The position numbers were made by a program, and so were the translations under genes. Below, one piece after another: positions 63,709 through 64,000 of a DNA stretch of 64,000 nucleotides (within the stretch, counting starts at the first letter, position 1; each line of letters opens with the position of its first letter). Source of the stretch: Polyangiaceae bacterium (GTDB lineage Bacteria > Myxococcota_A > Polyangia > Polyangiales > Polyangiaceae). The notes under the pieces were generated by a model. It saw nothing but the letters and a program-made list of their open reading frames with translations, did not search any database and had not been told where the DNA came from. The stretch lies in NCBI GenBank assembly GCA_033763455.1, contig JANRKO010000006.1, forward strand, positions 384,001 through 448,000, read 5' to 3'.

Positions 63709-64000
63709 ATGTTGTTGAGTCAAGTGGAGCTTGATGCCTATCAAGCTGATGGATACCTCCATGTTCCTCGGATGCTGAATCCAGAAGAAACAGCCCTTCT
63801 GCTGCAGGTTGCGTCTGAAAATCAGGTCGCCCGGCGAGCTCGTGAAGCTGTTGACGCACAAGGCCAGGGTGCCAAGGTCAATATCTGGGATCATGTGCAA
63901 GATGACATGTTTGGTGCGATCGCGAGCAGCCGGCGCATCGTTGAGCGAGGCACGCAGCTGGTTGGAGAAGAGATCTACCACTGGCACTCAAAGATGATGC
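63709..64000 (+). CDS. Phytanoyl-CoA dioxygenase (PhyH) family protein; runs off the window's right edge
   Basis: Not in the ORF track. AGGAG RBS, MLLSQVELDAYQADGYL.VPRML.PEE..LVGEEIYHWHSKMM. Confidence 0.85.
   Translation, partial: MLLSQVELDAYQADGYLHVPRMLNPEETALLLQVASENQVARRAREAVDAQGQGAKVNIWDHVQDDMFGAIASSRRIVERGTQLVGEEIYHWHSKMM

Noticed and set aside
1..64000. CRISPR array, IS/transposase, integrase, prophage or defence genes
   Set aside because: No regularly spaced repeats and no ORFs with such motifs recognised.

Overview
This is a gene-dense, GC-rich bacterial chromosomal window. Its gene content (many lipoproteins, TonB_C-fused TonB-dependent receptor, Cys-rich/RCC1 proteins, DUF1552/DUF1592 proteins, FHA protein, a 3775-aa TPR protein, sigma-54 promoters) points to Myxococcota, probably Polyangiaceae-like. 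Housekeeping genes (dnaX-recR without ybaB, efp, dtd, thiD, ridA, hbd/crt, acyl-CoA dehydrogenase, class IV aminotransferase) are interspersed with uncharacterised cell-envelope modules. The best candidate for an undescribed system is a six-gene minus-strand module at 44.9-51.8 kb: TBDR, lipoprotein, TonB, beta-helix/barrel surface protein, then an ECF sigma factor and a TM-TPR anti-sigma. The same 35-bp motif, TTTGAAC-N13-GCGGGAAC-N2-AGGGC, precedes both the receptor operon and the sigma gene, suggesting an autoregulated, non-FecR surface-signalling circuit. Other notable features are two sigma-54 promoters with upstream palindromes, a perfect 22-bp palindrome, tandem Cys-rich lipoprotein paralogs, and three deletion-scarred pseudogenes at 61.0-63.7 kb. 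No rRNA, tRNA, CRISPR array, IS or prophage was seen. All family calls come from motif recognition by eye; no database search was run.
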